Shown: positions 48,292 through 58,582, counted from the stretch's first letter. The stretch is 64,000 bases of DNA from Acidimicrobiales bacterium (GCA_038232455.1 JBBSHU010000003.1:2912-66911); one strand, 5' to 3'. Notes: generated from the letters alone by a model not told the origin. A program made the numbers and translations.

Positions 48292-49288
48292 GGACCTGGC
48301 CATCGATCTGGGCACCGCCAATACCCTCGTCTACGCCAAGAGCCGGGGGATCGTGCTCAACGAGCCCACGGTCATCGCCCTCAACGTCCAGACCCAGGAC
48401 GTGCTGGCCATGGGCCAGCAGGCGTGGCACATGATCGGTCGCACGCCCGGCTACATCCAGGCCGTGCGCCCGCTGCGCAAGGGGGCCATCACCGACTTCG
48501 ACATCACCCAGCGCATGATCCGTCTCCTCCTTCAACGGGCCGGGCTGTCGCGGTTCCAGCGCCCCCGGGTGCTGCTGTGTGTGCCGTCGGCCATCACCGA
48601 GGTGGAGCGCCGGGCCGTGAAGGAGGCGGCCCGCCAGGCCGGGGCGGCCGACGCCCAGCTCGTCGCCCAGCCCATGGCCGCGGCCATCGGTGCCGGGCTG
48701 CCCATCCACGAGCCGCTCGGCAACATGGTGGTCGACGTGGGCGGGGGCACGACCGAGACGGCGATGATCTCCCTCGGCGGCATCGTTGCCCTCCAGGCCA
48801 TCCGGGTGGGTTCGTTCGACATCGACGCCTCCCTCCAGGCCTACGTCCGCCGGGAGTACGGCATGGCCATCGGCGAGCGCACGGCCGAGGAGATCAAGCT
48901 GGCCATCGGCTCGGCCTACCCGATCGCCGAGGACGTCAAGGCCGAGGTCCGCGGGCGCGACCTCATGTCCGGGCTTCCCAAGACGGCCATCCTCTCGCCC
49001 GGCGAGGTGCGCGAGGCCATCGACGAGCAGGTGCGGGCCATCGTCGACTCGGTGATCAACTGCCTGGGTTTCGCCCCGCCCGAACTGGCCCAGGACCTCA
49101 TCCTCCAGGGCATCCACCTGGTGGGCGGCGGCGGACTGCTGCGGGGCCTCGATCGGCGTCTGGCCGAGGAGACGTCGCTGCCCGTGCACCTGGTCGACGC
49201 TCCCCTCGAGTGCGTGGTCCTCGGCGCGGGCAAGTGCCTGGAGGCCTTCGAGTCGCTGAAAGTGCTCTTCATGGGCGCCGAGCGGTAG
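48221..49288 (+). CDS. mreB: rod-shape-determining actin homologue MreB
   Basis: DLAIDLGTANTLVY, VPSAITEVERRAVKEA, VVDVGGGTTE and HLVGGGGLLRGLD. The only in-frame canonical start upstream of the conserved core is GTG 48221, so the true start is uncertain. Confidence 0.88.
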   Translation: MPSPPPSPRRHRSHSGQGAVTLARDLAIDLGTANTLVYAKSRGIVLNEPTVIALNVQTQDVLAMGQQAWHMIGRTPGYIQAVRPLRKGAITDFDITQRMIRLLLQRAGLSRFQRPRVLLCVPSAITEVERRAVKEAARQAGAADAQLVAQPMAAAIGAGLPIHEPLGNMVVDVGGGTTETAMISLGGIVALQAIRVGSFDIDASLQAYVRREYGMAIGERTAEEIKLAIGSAYPIAEDVKAEVRGRDLMSGLPKTAILSPGEVREAIDEQVRAIVDSVINCLGFAPPELAQDLILQGIHLVGGGGLLRGLDRRLAEETSLPVHLVDAPLECVVLGAGKCLEAFESLKVLFMGAER

Positions 49289-49328
49289 CGGTAGAACGCT
49301 GACAAGAGTCCTCCACGACACTGGGGCT

Positions 49329-50366
49329 GTGCTCCCCGCGCAGGGGGCTGCCCGGGCTCTGCGCCCCGCTCGGGCTTCCGGCCGCGGCGCTGCTTCGCTC
49401 GTGCTGATGGCCGCGCTCGCGGTGAGCGGCTGCGCCCGCCATGCGCGAGTGGATGCCGTACAACCGGCTCCGCCGTCGTCGATCGCGGCGCCGACCTTGA
49501 CTCCGGCGGGCCCCTCGTCCACGACGCCGGCCCCGGCTTCGACGCCGGCCCCGACTTCGACGCCGGCCCCGACTTCGACTACGGCGCGGCGATCCGTGCC
49601 GATCAGCACCATGACCCTCGCCCTGGTGGATCACAACCGGCCCACGGTGAGCGGCGATCGGACCATCTCGGATTCCCGATCACTGACGACGCGGGTCTGG
49701 TATCCCTCGGAGGGAGGCCCGTGGCCGCTCGTGGTCTTCGCTCACGGGTTCGAGGTCGGTCCCGACCCCTACGTGCCCCTCCTGAGGACCTGGGCGGCCG
49801 CCGGCTACGTCGTGGCCGCGCCCGAGTTCCCCCTCACCGATGCCGAGGTGGCCGGCTCCGACCTCGACGAGTCCGACATCGACAGCCAACCGGCCGACAT
49901 GGCCTTCGTGTTCGCCAGGCTCCTCGATCCCACCGGAGCGCTCTCGGGGTACGTCGATCCCACCCGGCTCGGCGTCGCCGGCCATTCCGACGGCGCCCAG
50001 ACGGCTCTGGCGACCGCTGCCAACCGCCCGGTCCCTCTCAGCGCCCTGATCGTCATGGCCGGGGCGCCGGTGGGCTCCGGGCCCACCGGCAACCCCCCGA
50101 TCCTCGTCGCCCACGGCGACGAGGACTCGATCGACCCCTTCGAGAAGGGACGGGCGGTCTACGACGAGGCAAGCTCACCGCGCTTCCTGCTCACGCTTCT
50201 GGGTGGCGAACATCTGCCGCCGTTCACCGCGGGCAGCCAGTACCAGGACGTCGTCGACAAGACGACGATCGACTTCCTCGACACCTTCCTCGGCCACCCG
50301 ACCTCGGGGGCCGCCTTACTCGGTGACGGCCGTCCCGGCCTGGCAACCATCGACGCCGCGGGCTGA
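49329..50366 (+). CDS. alpha/beta-hydrolase lipoprotein (PAF-acetylhydrolase/dienelactone-hydrolase-like)
   Basis: Lipobox AVSGC, a Pro/Thr/Ser linker, PLVVFAHGF, the nucleophile elbow GHSDG, and HGDEDS. Confidence 0.7.
   Translation: MLPAQGAARALRPARASGRGAASLVLMAALAVSGCARHARVDAVQPAPPSSIAAPTLTPAGPSSTTPAPASTPAPTSTPAPTSTTARRSVPISTMTLALVDHNRPTVSGDRTISDSRSLTTRVWYPSEGGPWPLVVFAHGFEVGPDPYVPLLRTWAAAGYVVAAPEFPLTDAEVAGSDLDESDIDSQPADMAFVFARLLDPTGALSGYVDPTRLGVAGHSDGAQTALATAANRPVPLSALIVMAGAPVGSGPTGNPPILVAHGDEDSIDPFEKGRAVYDEASSPRFLLTLLGGEHLPPFTAGSQYQDVVDKTTIDFLDTFLGHPTSGAALLGDGRPGLATIDAAG
49524..49577 (+). repeat. 18-nt x3 tandem repeat in the hydrolase linker
   Basis: acgccggccccgRcttcg x3 (first unit has 1 mismatch) encodes TPAPASTPAPTSTPAPTS. 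Confidence 0.9.
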
Positions 50367-50403
50367 TCGGCGGACCGCCGTCACGACTGCTAGCACTGGG
50401 CTT

Positions 50404-51654
50404 ATGTCGCAAGGCCCCCAAGCGCCGTCTGCAGTCCCACTCGACGCCGACACGATCGTGGTGGAGTTGGTGGCCACCCCCGAGGGCAAGGCCGATCCGT
50501 ACTCCCGGTACGCGGCCCTGCGGTCGCACGCCCCCGTCCACCGAAGTGCCATCGGCTTCTGGGTGCTGAGCCGGTACGACGACTGCCAGCGGGTGCTGCG
50601 TGACCCGCGGGCGGGCAAGGACTTCTCCGGTGCCACCCGGGCCCTCGGCCTGAGCGAGGAACAACAGGCCGAACAGGCCACGTTCCGGGACGACCACTCC
50701 AACATGCTGTTCGCCGATCCCCCGGACCACACCCGGCTACGGAGCCTTGCCACACGGGCCTTCACCCCGCGCACCGTCGAGGCACTCCGCGAGCGGGTGG
50801 TCACCCTGGTCGACGAGTTGATCGACGGCTTCGGCTCCGGCGAGGTCGACCTCATGGACGCCCTGGCCTTTCCGCTCCCGGTGACGGTGATCGGCGAGAT
50901 GTTGGGAGTGCCCCCCGAGGACAGAGCACAGTTCCGGCCACTCGTCCGGGCGAGCACCGCAGTGCTGGAGCTGGCCATCACGCCCGAGGCCCTGGCCGCC
51001 GCCACTGCCGCCCGCGCCACCATGGAGGAGTACTTCGGCGAGCTGGTGGCCGAGCGCCGGGCCCGTCCTCGAGACGACCTGCTCACCCAGCTGATCGAGG
51101 CCGAGGACAAGGGCGACCAGCTCAGCGAACGCGAGCTGATCTCCACGGCCATTCTCCTGTTCGCTGCGGGGTTCGAGACCACCACCCACCTCATCGGCAA
51201 CTCCGTGCTGGCCCTGCTCCGCCACCCCGACCAGTTGACCCGCCTCCGCCTCGACCCCGGGCTCCTGCGTCCCGGCGTGGAGGAGCTCATGCGCTACGAC
51301 AGCCCGGTGCAGGTCAACGCCCGAACGGCCTACGAAGGCATCGAGGTGGGCGGTCACGACATCGAGGCCGGCGCCACCATGCTCGTGCTCCTCGGTGCCG
51401 CCAACCGCGATCCCGACCGCTTCGCCGACCCCGACCGCCTCGATCTCGGTCGGGCCGACGGCGCTTCCATCAGCTTCGGTAGCGGCATTCACTACTGCCT
51501 GGGCGCCGCCCTCGCCCGCCTGGAGGCCCAGGTCGTCCTCGGCCGCCTGGTCGAGCGGTTCGGTACCTGGGAGTTGGTGGGCGGCCAACCCCAACACCGC
51601 GACAGCCTCACCCTCCGGGGCCTCGTCGATCTCCGGGTCGGCTTCTCCGCCTGA
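50404..51654 (+). CDS. cytochrome P450
   Basis: I-helix AGFETT, ExxR (EELMRYD), and the haem-binding loop FGSGIHYCLGAALAR. Confidence 0.9.
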   Translation: MSQGPQAPSAVPLDADTIVVELVATPEGKADPYSRYAALRSHAPVHRSAIGFWVLSRYDDCQRVLRDPRAGKDFSGATRALGLSEEQQAEQATFRDDHSNMLFADPPDHTRLRSLATRAFTPRTVEALRERVVTLVDELIDGFGSGEVDLMDALAFPLPVTVIGEMLGVPPEDRAQFRPLVRASTAVLELAITPEALAAATAARATMEEYFGELVAERRARPRDDLLTQLIEAEDKGDQLSERELISTAILLFAAGFETTTHLIGNSVLALLRHPDQLTRLRLDPGLLRPGVEELMRYDSPVQVNARTAYEGIEVGGHDIEAGATMLVLLGAANRDPDRFADPDRLDLGRADGASISFGSGIHYCLGAALARLEAQVVLGRLVERFGTWELVGGQPQHRDSLTLRGLVDLRVGFSA

Positions 51655-51687
51655 CAGTCAGCAATCCCTGTCCCCGACGCCAACATC

Positions 51688-52287
51688 TCAGCGCTTTCCG
51701 CTGAGGTCCTCGGCGGCCTGGCGAACCTGCCAGTCGCGGTCGCCCAAAGCGGTCTCGAGGGCGGCTTCGACGTCGGGACCGGCGAACGGGGCCAGGGAGA
51801 TCACCGCCCGGCGTCGGACGGTGGCCTTGTCGGTGGTCGCCGCGAGGATGGCGGGCAGGCCCCGCTCGTCGCCGATCGCGCCCAGGGCGGCCACCGCTGC
51901 CTCCCGGCACAGCGCGTCGGAGTGGGTCGAGGCCACGGTCACCAGGCTGTTGACGACGTCGGCCGTTCCTGACTCCTGCTCGCCCAGGGCCCAGGCGGCC
52001 ACCTCCACCACGCGCGGGTCCTCGTCGGCCAGGAGGGCGATGGGGTCGACGCCGTCGACGGACGTGCTGACCTCACTGGCCCGTTGGCGCACGGCGGGGT
52101 CTTCGTCGGTCAACGCCAGCCGCACGTCGGCCGCCGTCACCGCTCCGATGCGAGCCAGGGCGGCAAGGGCCGTGGCCCGCACGGATCCCACGGGGTCGTC
52201 GAGGAGGCGCCGGGCGGTGGCGGCGTCGCCGGAATGACCGGCCAGCGCCGCCCTGCGCCGTCGGTCGGCCCCTTCAGCCACCCGCAT
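51688..52287 (-). CDS. HEAT-repeat protein
   Basis: ATG 52287 preceded by ggaggg. Repeated D(P/E)xxxVRxxAxxALG units (DDPVGSVRATALAAL, DEDPAVRQRA, DEDPRVVEVAAWALG, DRDWQVRQAA). Confidence 0.7.
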   Translation of the reverse strand: MRVAEGADRRRRAALAGHSGDAATARRLLDDPVGSVRATALAALARIGAVTAADVRLALTDEDPAVRQRASEVSTSVDGVDPIALLADEDPRVVEVAAWALGEQESGTADVVNSLVTVASTHSDALCREAAVAALGAIGDERGLPAILAATTDKATVRRRAVISLAPFAGPDVEAALETALGDRDWQVRQAAEDLSGKR

Positions 52288-52321
52288 ACCCTCCGGTCCA
52301 GACCCATGCCACCATGGAACC

Positions 52322-52957
52322 GTGCGCCGGCCGGTGATCAGCACCTCGATCGCCCTGGCCGTGGTGCTCGTGACTGCGGCCGGGTGTGGTGGCCAGGCCG
52401 AGACGCGCCCCACGGTGGCGGCCCAGGCGACCCGATCCACCGTCCCGCAGGACCAGCTGTGGTCGCCCAAGTTTCACACGCCGCCTACACCCCCTGCGCC
52501 GCCCACCACGAGGGTCCGCGGGCCGTATCCCGTCGACATCCCCGACAACCCCTACGCGCCCGAGGCGGTCAAGCAGATCGGCACGATGGAGATCCCCAAG
52601 ATCGAACTGACGCACACGGTCTACGAGGGGGTCACGCTGCACAACATCGACCAGGGTCCGAGTCACTGGCCGGGGACGGCGGTGCCCGGACATCCGGGTA
52701 ATGCCGTGTTCGCCGGCCACCGGACCACCAATGACCACCCGTTCGCCCGTATCGCCGAGCTGGTCCCCGGCGATCAGGTCATCTTCACGGTCGACGGCTC
52801 GCGCACCACCTATGTGGTCACCGGGAACCTGGTCGTGGCTCCGTCGGACACCTGGATCGCCGACCAGACCCCGGCCATGACCGCCACGCTGTATGCCTGC
52901 CATCCGCCGGGGTCGGTCGACCAGCGTTACGTGGTGCGCCTGGCCCTGGCCACCTGA
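52322..52957 (+). CDS. class E/F-type sortase
   Basis: Signal anchor. GNAVFAGHRTT (catalytic His), the TLYACHP variant of TLxTC, and a C-terminal R in YVVRLA. Confidence 0.85.
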   Translation: MRRPVISTSIALAVVLVTAAGCGGQAETRPTVAAQATRSTVPQDQLWSPKFHTPPTPPAPPTTRVRGPYPVDIPDNPYAPEAVKQIGTMEIPKIELTHTVYEGVTLHNIDQGPSHWPGTAVPGHPGNAVFAGHRTTNDHPFARIAELVPGDQVIFTVDGSRTTYVVTGNLVVAPSDTWIADQTPAMTATLYACHPPGSVDQRYVVRLALAT

Positions 52958-52989
52958 GCCGATCACCGACACCTGGCGAGCCGCAGGCA

Positions 52990-53403
52990 TCAGCCGACGG
53001 CGTGACGCAGGGCCCGGGCGGCGAGGGCCAGGCCCGCCCCGGTGGTGACGGCCATGAGCACCCCGACGAACGTCACCAGGACCAACAGGGCCAACCCCGA
53101 TCGCAGCCGGACCCATGCCCGGCTCGGTTTACGCCGGGCACGCCGGAGCGGCCGGTCCGGCGGAGGGCCAGGCCGGTGTGGGCGGTCGAGCGGGGTGGCG
53201 GCCGTCGGGCGCGAGGCCAGCCGGCGTGGACGCGGACGTCGGCGGGGCCGGTCGCGGTCGGTTGGGCGACGGATCGTGGCAGGCTGGTCCGGGTCGCTCA
53301 ATGCGACCCGTATGACGAAAACTGTCGCCGCTACGACCACGAGGCCGATCAGGAACGTGGACACAACCGACCCGATGCTAACGGGCCCATCCGACGATCC
53401 CAA
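52990..53403 (-). CDS. hypothetical membrane protein with Arg/Pro-rich loop
   Basis: Two hydrophobic helices (VVSTFLIGLVVVAATVFVI; LALLVLVTFVGVLMAVTTGAGLAL) flank a RRPTDRDRPRRRPRPRR loop. The start is uncertain and overlaps the divergent PDZ-Lon gene start. Confidence 0.4.
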   Translation of the reverse strand: MGSSDGPVSIGSVVSTFLIGLVVVAATVFVIRVALSDPDQPATIRRPTDRDRPRRRPRPRRLASRPTAATPLDRPHRPGPPPDRPLRRARRKPSRAWVRLRSGLALLVLVTFVGVLMAVTTGAGLALAARALRHAVG

Positions 53404-54589
53404 TACCGGCCCGGTTCCCGACTATGGCTGGGGTACGAGCGCGTCCTCGGAGTCCACGTTCGCCGGGCCCCAGACGGTCCCTCCGCCGCCCTCGAAAGGG
53501 GCTCCCGTACCCCCGGCGCCAGGAGGGGCGGGTCAGCCCCCCCTGGGCGGCCCGTCGCGTCGCCGTCCGGTTGCCCTGGTTGCCGCCGCGGTAGCTTCGC
53601 TCCTGGTGGTGGCGGCCGTTGCCGCGCTGTTCATCCGGATCCCATACGACACCATCGCCCCCGGGTCGGCCAGCCGGGTCGACGACCTCATCGTCATCAA
53701 TGGCCACGATGCCTACCCGCCCAAGGGAAAGGTGCTGTTCACCACCGTCTCGGTGCGCGAGCGGGTCAACCTGTGGGAGGCCCTCGCCGGCTGGCTCGAC
53801 CCCGACGTCGACGTCGTCTCCGACAACGACATCCGGGGTCCGGTGCCTCCCGATCAGTACCACCAGCTCAACGTGGAGGCCATGGCCGACTCCAAGACGT
53901 CGGCCGAGGCGATCGTGCTCCGCCACATGGGCTTCACCGACATCGGTGGTGGGGCGGAGGTCATTTCCGTCGAGCCCGGCCTACCGGTCGCTTCGGTGCT
54001 GAAGCCGAAGGACCTCATCGTGGGGGCCGACGGCCAACCGGTCACCGGTCCGGCCGAGGTCATCGCCGTCATCCGGAGCCACAAGCCGGGGGAGTCGGTG
54101 AACCTGAGCGTTGTTCGCGACGCTGGCCCTCCGGTCGACCTCACCACCACGCTGGGCACGGGCGACCAGGGTCAGGCTCTGCTGGGCGTGCGACTCAGTA
54201 CCAAGCTGAAGCTGCCGTTCGGGATCACCATCGACTCGGGCAACATCGAGGGTCCGTCGGCGGGGCTAGCCTACTCGCTCGCCCTGCTCGACCAGCTCAC
54301 GCCCGGTGACCTCACCGGTGGGGCCACGGTGGCCGCCACAGGCGAGCTCGGACCCGACGGCGTGGTCGCCCCCATCGGCGGGGTGGCCCAGAAGGTGGCT
54401 GCCGTCCGCAAGGCAGGCGCCAAGATGTTCCTCGTACCCAAGGACAACTACGCCGAGGCCAAGGCCCACGCCGGCTCCCACCTGAAGGTGGTGGCCATCG
54501 GCACCTACGACGACGCCCTGCGGGCGCTCGCGACCCTTCCCGGGAGCAATGCCGCCGACTTCCTCCCCGGCGGGGGCGGCGGCGGTTAG
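53375..54589 (+). CDS. PDZ domain plus Lon-like (S16) C-terminal protease domain protein (YlbL-like)
   Basis: ATG 53375 within ORF 53042..54589. TM anchor, PDZ (LKPKDLIVGADGQPV), and the Lon_C motif IEGPSAGLAYSLALLD ... GGVAQKVAAVRKAGAKMFLVP. Confidence 0.85.
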   Translation: MLTGPSDDPNTGPVPDYGWGTSASSESTFAGPQTVPPPPSKGAPVPPAPGGAGQPPLGGPSRRRPVALVAAAVASLLVVAAVAALFIRIPYDTIAPGSASRVDDLIVINGHDAYPPKGKVLFTTVSVRERVNLWEALAGWLDPDVDVVSDNDIRGPVPPDQYHQLNVEAMADSKTSAEAIVLRHMGFTDIGGGAEVISVEPGLPVASVLKPKDLIVGADGQPVTGPAEVIAVIRSHKPGESVNLSVVRDAGPPVDLTTTLGTGDQGQALLGVRLSTKLKLPFGITIDSGNIEGPSAGLAYSLALLDQLTPGDLTGGATVAATGELGPDGVVAPIGGVAQKVAAVRKAGAKMFLVPKDNYAEAKAHAGSHLKVVAIGTYDDALRALATLPGSNAADFLPGGGGGG

Positions 54590-54689
54590 CACGGTTACCA
54601 TCGGGCAGTAGCTATGTGCCCGGGTCCGATTCTCCGCTCAAAGGGCCGCTCGGGCCCGGTCCTCCGCTCTCCGGGGAGCTGAGGGCCCG

Positions 54690-57311
54690 TTGTCCGGCTC
54701 GGCTGCGGTGCTGCGCTTCGCGGCCGAGTTCGCTACCTTCCTGGTGGCTGTGGCCGGGGCGGCCATCGTCTTCGCCCGGCCCCGACTGCTGGGGGTCGGT
54801 CGTGGCTCTCGGATAGCCCTGTTCGTCGGGTTTCTCGCCCTGGCCGGGGCTGCGTTCCTGCACGGTTCGCTGGCTCTCGAAGCGGGCGACTTCCCGGTCC
54901 TGGTCATTCGCGGTGTCGGCATCGTCTTGCTGGCCGTTGGCACGCTCGGCTGGGGTGAAGATCGGGCGACCCGCCGGGTGGTGTGGCTGGCCCTGGTGCT
55001 CATCACCCTCTCCGAGGTGGCCGCCGCCACCGGGGTCGCCGGGGCGGTGGTCGACGGGGCACGGATTCTCGGCGCCGTCGGCCTGGGAGCGGTGCTGTTC
55101 ACATCGGCCCGTCGGTCGGTTCCCGCCCAGGTGGCAGTAAGCACCGCCGGCTCCCTCCTCCTGGTAGTCCTCGCCGTATCGGTGGCCCTGTCCCTGGTGA
55201 TTTCCCACAACGTGGAGAAGGAGGCGCTGCGGCGGGTCGACACGCGAGCCCGGGCCGAGGCCGACGAGATAATGACTTCCGTCCTTCCCACCGCCGCGGC
55301 AAACGCCACGCTCGTTGCGGCCACGTTGCAGGGCAGCCGTCTCCCGCTTCTCCGTGCCCTCGACCAGGACCCCGCGCCCAGCCCGGCGCTGGCCGCCGAC
55401 ATCGACAGCTTCGTCGACGCCAACCTGCTCCGCGCCGGCAACCCCGTGCTCTACGCCACGGGCAAGCAGGCCCTCGTGGTGTTCTCCGGCATTGGCCGTG
55501 CCGGCGCCGAGGCCCTGGTGGGATCCCCGGCGATCGAGGAGGCGGTGACCACCCAGGGTCGCACCGGGTCGGTGCAGGTGGCCGACGGCAGGGCACTCGC
55601 CATCGGCGCCGCAGCGGTAACGGCCCCGGCGCCCGAGGGCCGCCAGCCGGTCGGCGTGTTCGTCGCCACGACGGGCCTGGACGGGGCCTACCTCAACCAG
55701 CGCACCCTCAACGAAAAGAGCATCAGCCTGGCGGTCGTCGACCGCGAGCGGACCCTTGCCAGTTTCGGGTCGCTCCCTTCCAAGGGGGTGGAGGCGGTGG
55801 GCCGGTCGGCACTGGACAGCGCCGACGGCACGGCCTCATCGGTGTCCGGAGACTTCTTCCTGTCCGCCAGCGTGGTCCATGGTTCCGACGGGTCGTCCGT
55901 GCTGGCCGTGGTGGCGGCCACGCCCACCACCGTGGTCGATGACACGAGGAACTCGTTGTTCGGCACCCTGTTCCTGGTGGCGTTGGCGACCTCGCTCATC
56001 GCGTTCCTGGCCGCCGGCATCGTAGGCGAGCGCATCGGCGGTGAGCTGCGGCGGCTGACGGTGGCCGCCGAGGGGGTGCGGCGCGGCGATTTCGCCACCC
56101 GGGTCAGCGTGACCAGCCAGGACGAGCTCGGCGTGCTCGGGTCCACACTCAACTCGATGGCCGGGTCGATCGAGACGCTCACCACCGAGTTGCGGGAGAA
56201 GCGCGATGAGGAGGCTGCACTGCGCAGCCGGCTGGAGGCGGTCGTCGCGGGCATGGGCGAGGCGGTGGTTGCCGTCGACCGGGAGGGTCGGGTCACCACC
56301 TTCAACGGTGCCGCCGAGGGCTTGTTCGGTGTCGACGCGGCCCGGGCCGAGGGCCGACCGGCCGACCAGGTCGTGCGGGTGACCGGCGAGGACGGTACCG
56401 ACCTCAGCCCCCGTCTGGCCCGGCCCGAGGAGGGACGGTGGGCCACGGCGGCCGTCGTTCACGGCGGCGACGGGACCGCTGTTCCCGTGGCCCTCTCCGC
56501 CGGTGGACTGGCCGACGCCGGCGGCGGTATCGGCGGTGGGGTGTGGGTGTTGAGGGACATGCGCCTCGAACGTGAGGCGGAGCGGACCAAAGCCGACCTC
56601 CTGGCCAATATCAGCCACGAACTGCGTACCCCTCTGGTGCCGATCAAGGGCTACGCCATGATGCTCAAGGGAGGGCGCCTACCCCGCGACGAGGCCCGGG
56701 CCGGCCTGACCGCGATCGGTGACGCCGCCGACCAGCTCGAGCGGGTGATCGGGCGCCTGCTCGAGGTGGCCGGTGGACGCTCCCGGAGCGACGCGGTGGA
56801 CCGACCGGAACCCACCCGGGTAGGTCCGCTGATCGATTCGGTGATCCGGCGTTGGAAGGCTCGCGAGGGCGAGCGTCGCCCCGTCACCCGCCGGATCTCC
56901 CGCAATCTTCCGGCCCTGGTGGTCGACCCCCACCGCCTGGACGAGTCACTCGACGAGCTCATGGACAACGCCGTCAAGTTCTCCCCCGAAGGCAGCCGCA
57001 TCCTCATTGCCGCGCGCCTCGTCGACCTTCCCGAAGGCCAAGGCGAGGCCACCCCGGCCGTGGAGATCTCCGTCGACGACCTCGGCATCGGGATCGCCAC
57101 CGACGAGCTCAGCCGGATCTTCGAGGACTTCACCCAGGCCGACAGCACGGCCACCCGGGCCTTCGGGGGTCTCGGCCTCGGACTGTCGGTGGTGCGACGA
57201 ATGGTCGAGGCCTATGGAGGAGAACTGGCCTGTGAAACCGAGGAAGGCAAGGGATCGCGGTTCTCAATCATCCTCCCCGTCGTGCCGATACAAGCCGAGG
57301 AGGAGAGATGA
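54690..57311 (+). CDS. large multi-TM sensor histidine kinase (HAMP-PAS-HisKA-HATPase), no adjacent regulator
   Basis: About 6 N-terminal TM helices, an extracytoplasmic segment, then HAMP, PAS (GEAVVAVDREGRVTTFNGAAEGLFG), H-box ISHELRTPLVPIKGY, N-box MDNAVKFSP, and G-box GGLGLGLSVV. TTG 54690 or GTG 54708 as start. Confidence 0.85.
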   Translation: MSGSAAVLRFAAEFATFLVAVAGAAIVFARPRLLGVGRGSRIALFVGFLALAGAAFLHGSLALEAGDFPVLVIRGVGIVLLAVGTLGWGEDRATRRVVWLALVLITLSEVAAATGVAGAVVDGARILGAVGLGAVLFTSARRSVPAQVAVSTAGSLLLVVLAVSVALSLVISHNVEKEALRRVDTRARAEADEIMTSVLPTAAANATLVAATLQGSRLPLLRALDQDPAPSPALAADIDSFVDANLLRAGNPVLYATGKQALVVFSGIGRAGAEALVGSPAIEEAVTTQGRTGSVQVADGRALAIGAAAVTAPAPEGRQPVGVFVATTGLDGAYLNQRTLNEKSISLAVVDRERTLASFGSLPSKGVEAVGRSALDSADGTASSVSGDFFLSASVVHGSDGSSVLAVVAATPTTVVDDTRNSLFGTLFLVALATSLIAFLAAGIVGERIGGELRRLTVAAEGVRRGDFATRVSVTSQDELGVLGSTLNSMAGSIETLTTELREKRDEEAALRSRLEAVVAGMGEAVVAVDREGRVTTFNGAAEGLFGVDAARAEGRPADQVVRVTGEDGTDLSPRLARPEEGRWATAAVVHGGDGTAVPVALSAGGLADAGGGIGGGVWVLRDMRLEREAERTKADLLANISHELRTPLVPIKGYAMMLKGGRLPRDEARAGLTAIGDAADQLERVIGRLLEVAGGRSRSDAVDRPEPTRVGPLIDSVIRRWKAREGERRPVTRRISRNLPALVVDPHRLDESLDELMDNAVKFSPEGSRILIAARLVDLPEGQGEATPAVEISVDDLGIGIATDELSRIFEDFTQADSTATRAFGGLGLGLSVVRRMVEAYGGELACETEEGKGSRFSIILPVVPIQAEEER

Positions 57312-58492
57312 GACTGCGGTTGGTGTCGTCGGTTCTGGCAACGGCCATCCTGGCCGTCGCCTGTTCGGGCGGCGGGGGAGGCCCGTCGTCGGCGCGCCTC
57401 AGCGCGAGCGGAGCGGTCGAGGTGGCCACCGGCGGCGGCGCCTATCACTCCGTCAACGGGTCTCGAACCCTGCACGCTGGCGACCGGGTCAAGGTCGGCT
57501 CCGGCAAGGCGGCCATCCGTCTGCACGGCGACCGCCGGCTCGAGCAGCGAAACGGTTCCGAGGTCGAGTTCGCCGCGGCCGCAGGCGGCTCCAGTCTCAA
57601 GTCCTCCCTCATCTCCGGCGACCTCCTGGTGACGGCGGCCGGTGACGGCGACCCGTTGGATGTGACCGTGGCCGATTCCGAGGTGTCGGTGGCGGGAGGC
57701 GCGGCACGGCTCAGTCGTGGTTCGGCGGCAACGGTGGCGTCGTACACCGCCGGTGTGACGGTGGCGTCGGCCGGCCGGTCCCTGCAGGTCCCCGCTCGGC
57801 GTCAGGTGGCGGTGCCCGCCGCCGGCCTCCTGCCCGGGAAGCCATCGCCGCTGATCTTCAAACCCGGCGATTCCTGGGACCAGCGCTTCCTCGGCGACGC
57901 CATCGATCTCGGGAACCAGTTGGTCGCCCGCAGCCGGGGCTTCACGGCCCAGCTCGGTCCCGGCGAGGGCCGGAGCGCCGGCTTCTACCGGCAGATTCTT
58001 CCCGCCCTCGCGAACGAGCCGTCGTTCGACGTGGCCTCGCTGGGCCCCGACCGCTCGCCGGGTGAGGCGCTGGTGGGGCTGGCTATCACCGTGCAGGGCA
58101 ACCGCGGCTCGTTTGCCGACCGCCTGGCGTCGGTTTTCGCGTTCCACGACGACGGGGCGGCGTGGGGCCTGGTCGCCCTCGACCAGGGAGTGTCCCGGGC
58201 GCCACTGCTGTCCGGGGTCGACGAGGCCATTGGTCGGGGACCGCTGAGCCTCGCTGAAGCCCCCCCCGTGGCCGCACCGGCTGTCGGTAGCCCGACGCCG
58301 ACCCCGGCGACGGCGGCGCCCGCACCGTCGGGTGGGGACACGATCGTGACTCCCACCCCCTCGGTCGCCTCTCCGTCGCCCACCGCCCCCGGGGTCGCGC
58401 CACTGAACACCGGGGCCCCCCTCGTCGACAACACCGTCAACTCCCTCGTCGATGTCCTCACCGGCCTCCTCGGGGGTTTGGGCCGCAGGTAA
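57308..58492 (+). CDS. putative lipoprotein (FecR-like beta-rich N-domain, Pro-rich C-terminus)
   Basis: ATGA overlap with the kinase stop. Signal plus Cys (ILAVACSGG). No firm family assignment. Confidence 0.6.
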   Translation: MRLRLVSSVLATAILAVACSGGGGGPSSARLSASGAVEVATGGGAYHSVNGSRTLHAGDRVKVGSGKAAIRLHGDRRLEQRNGSEVEFAAAAGGSSLKSSLISGDLLVTAAGDGDPLDVTVADSEVSVAGGAARLSRGSAATVASYTAGVTVASAGRSLQVPARRQVAVPAAGLLPGKPSPLIFKPGDSWDQRFLGDAIDLGNQLVARSRGFTAQLGPGEGRSAGFYRQILPALANEPSFDVASLGPDRSPGEALVGLAITVQGNRGSFADRLASVFAFHDDGAAWGLVALDQGVSRAPLLSGVDEAIGRGPLSLAEAPPVAAPAVGSPTPTPATAAPAPSGGDTIVTPTPSVASPSPTAPGVAPLNTGAPLVDNTVNSLVDVLTGLLGGLGRR

Positions 58493-58582
58493 TTGTCGGG
58501 GACGGACACCGGGGCCTGCCGCCGCGAACCATTTGTCCCGACCCTCCACCGCACCGGGAGGCCCCGGCGTTACTCTGGCCGC

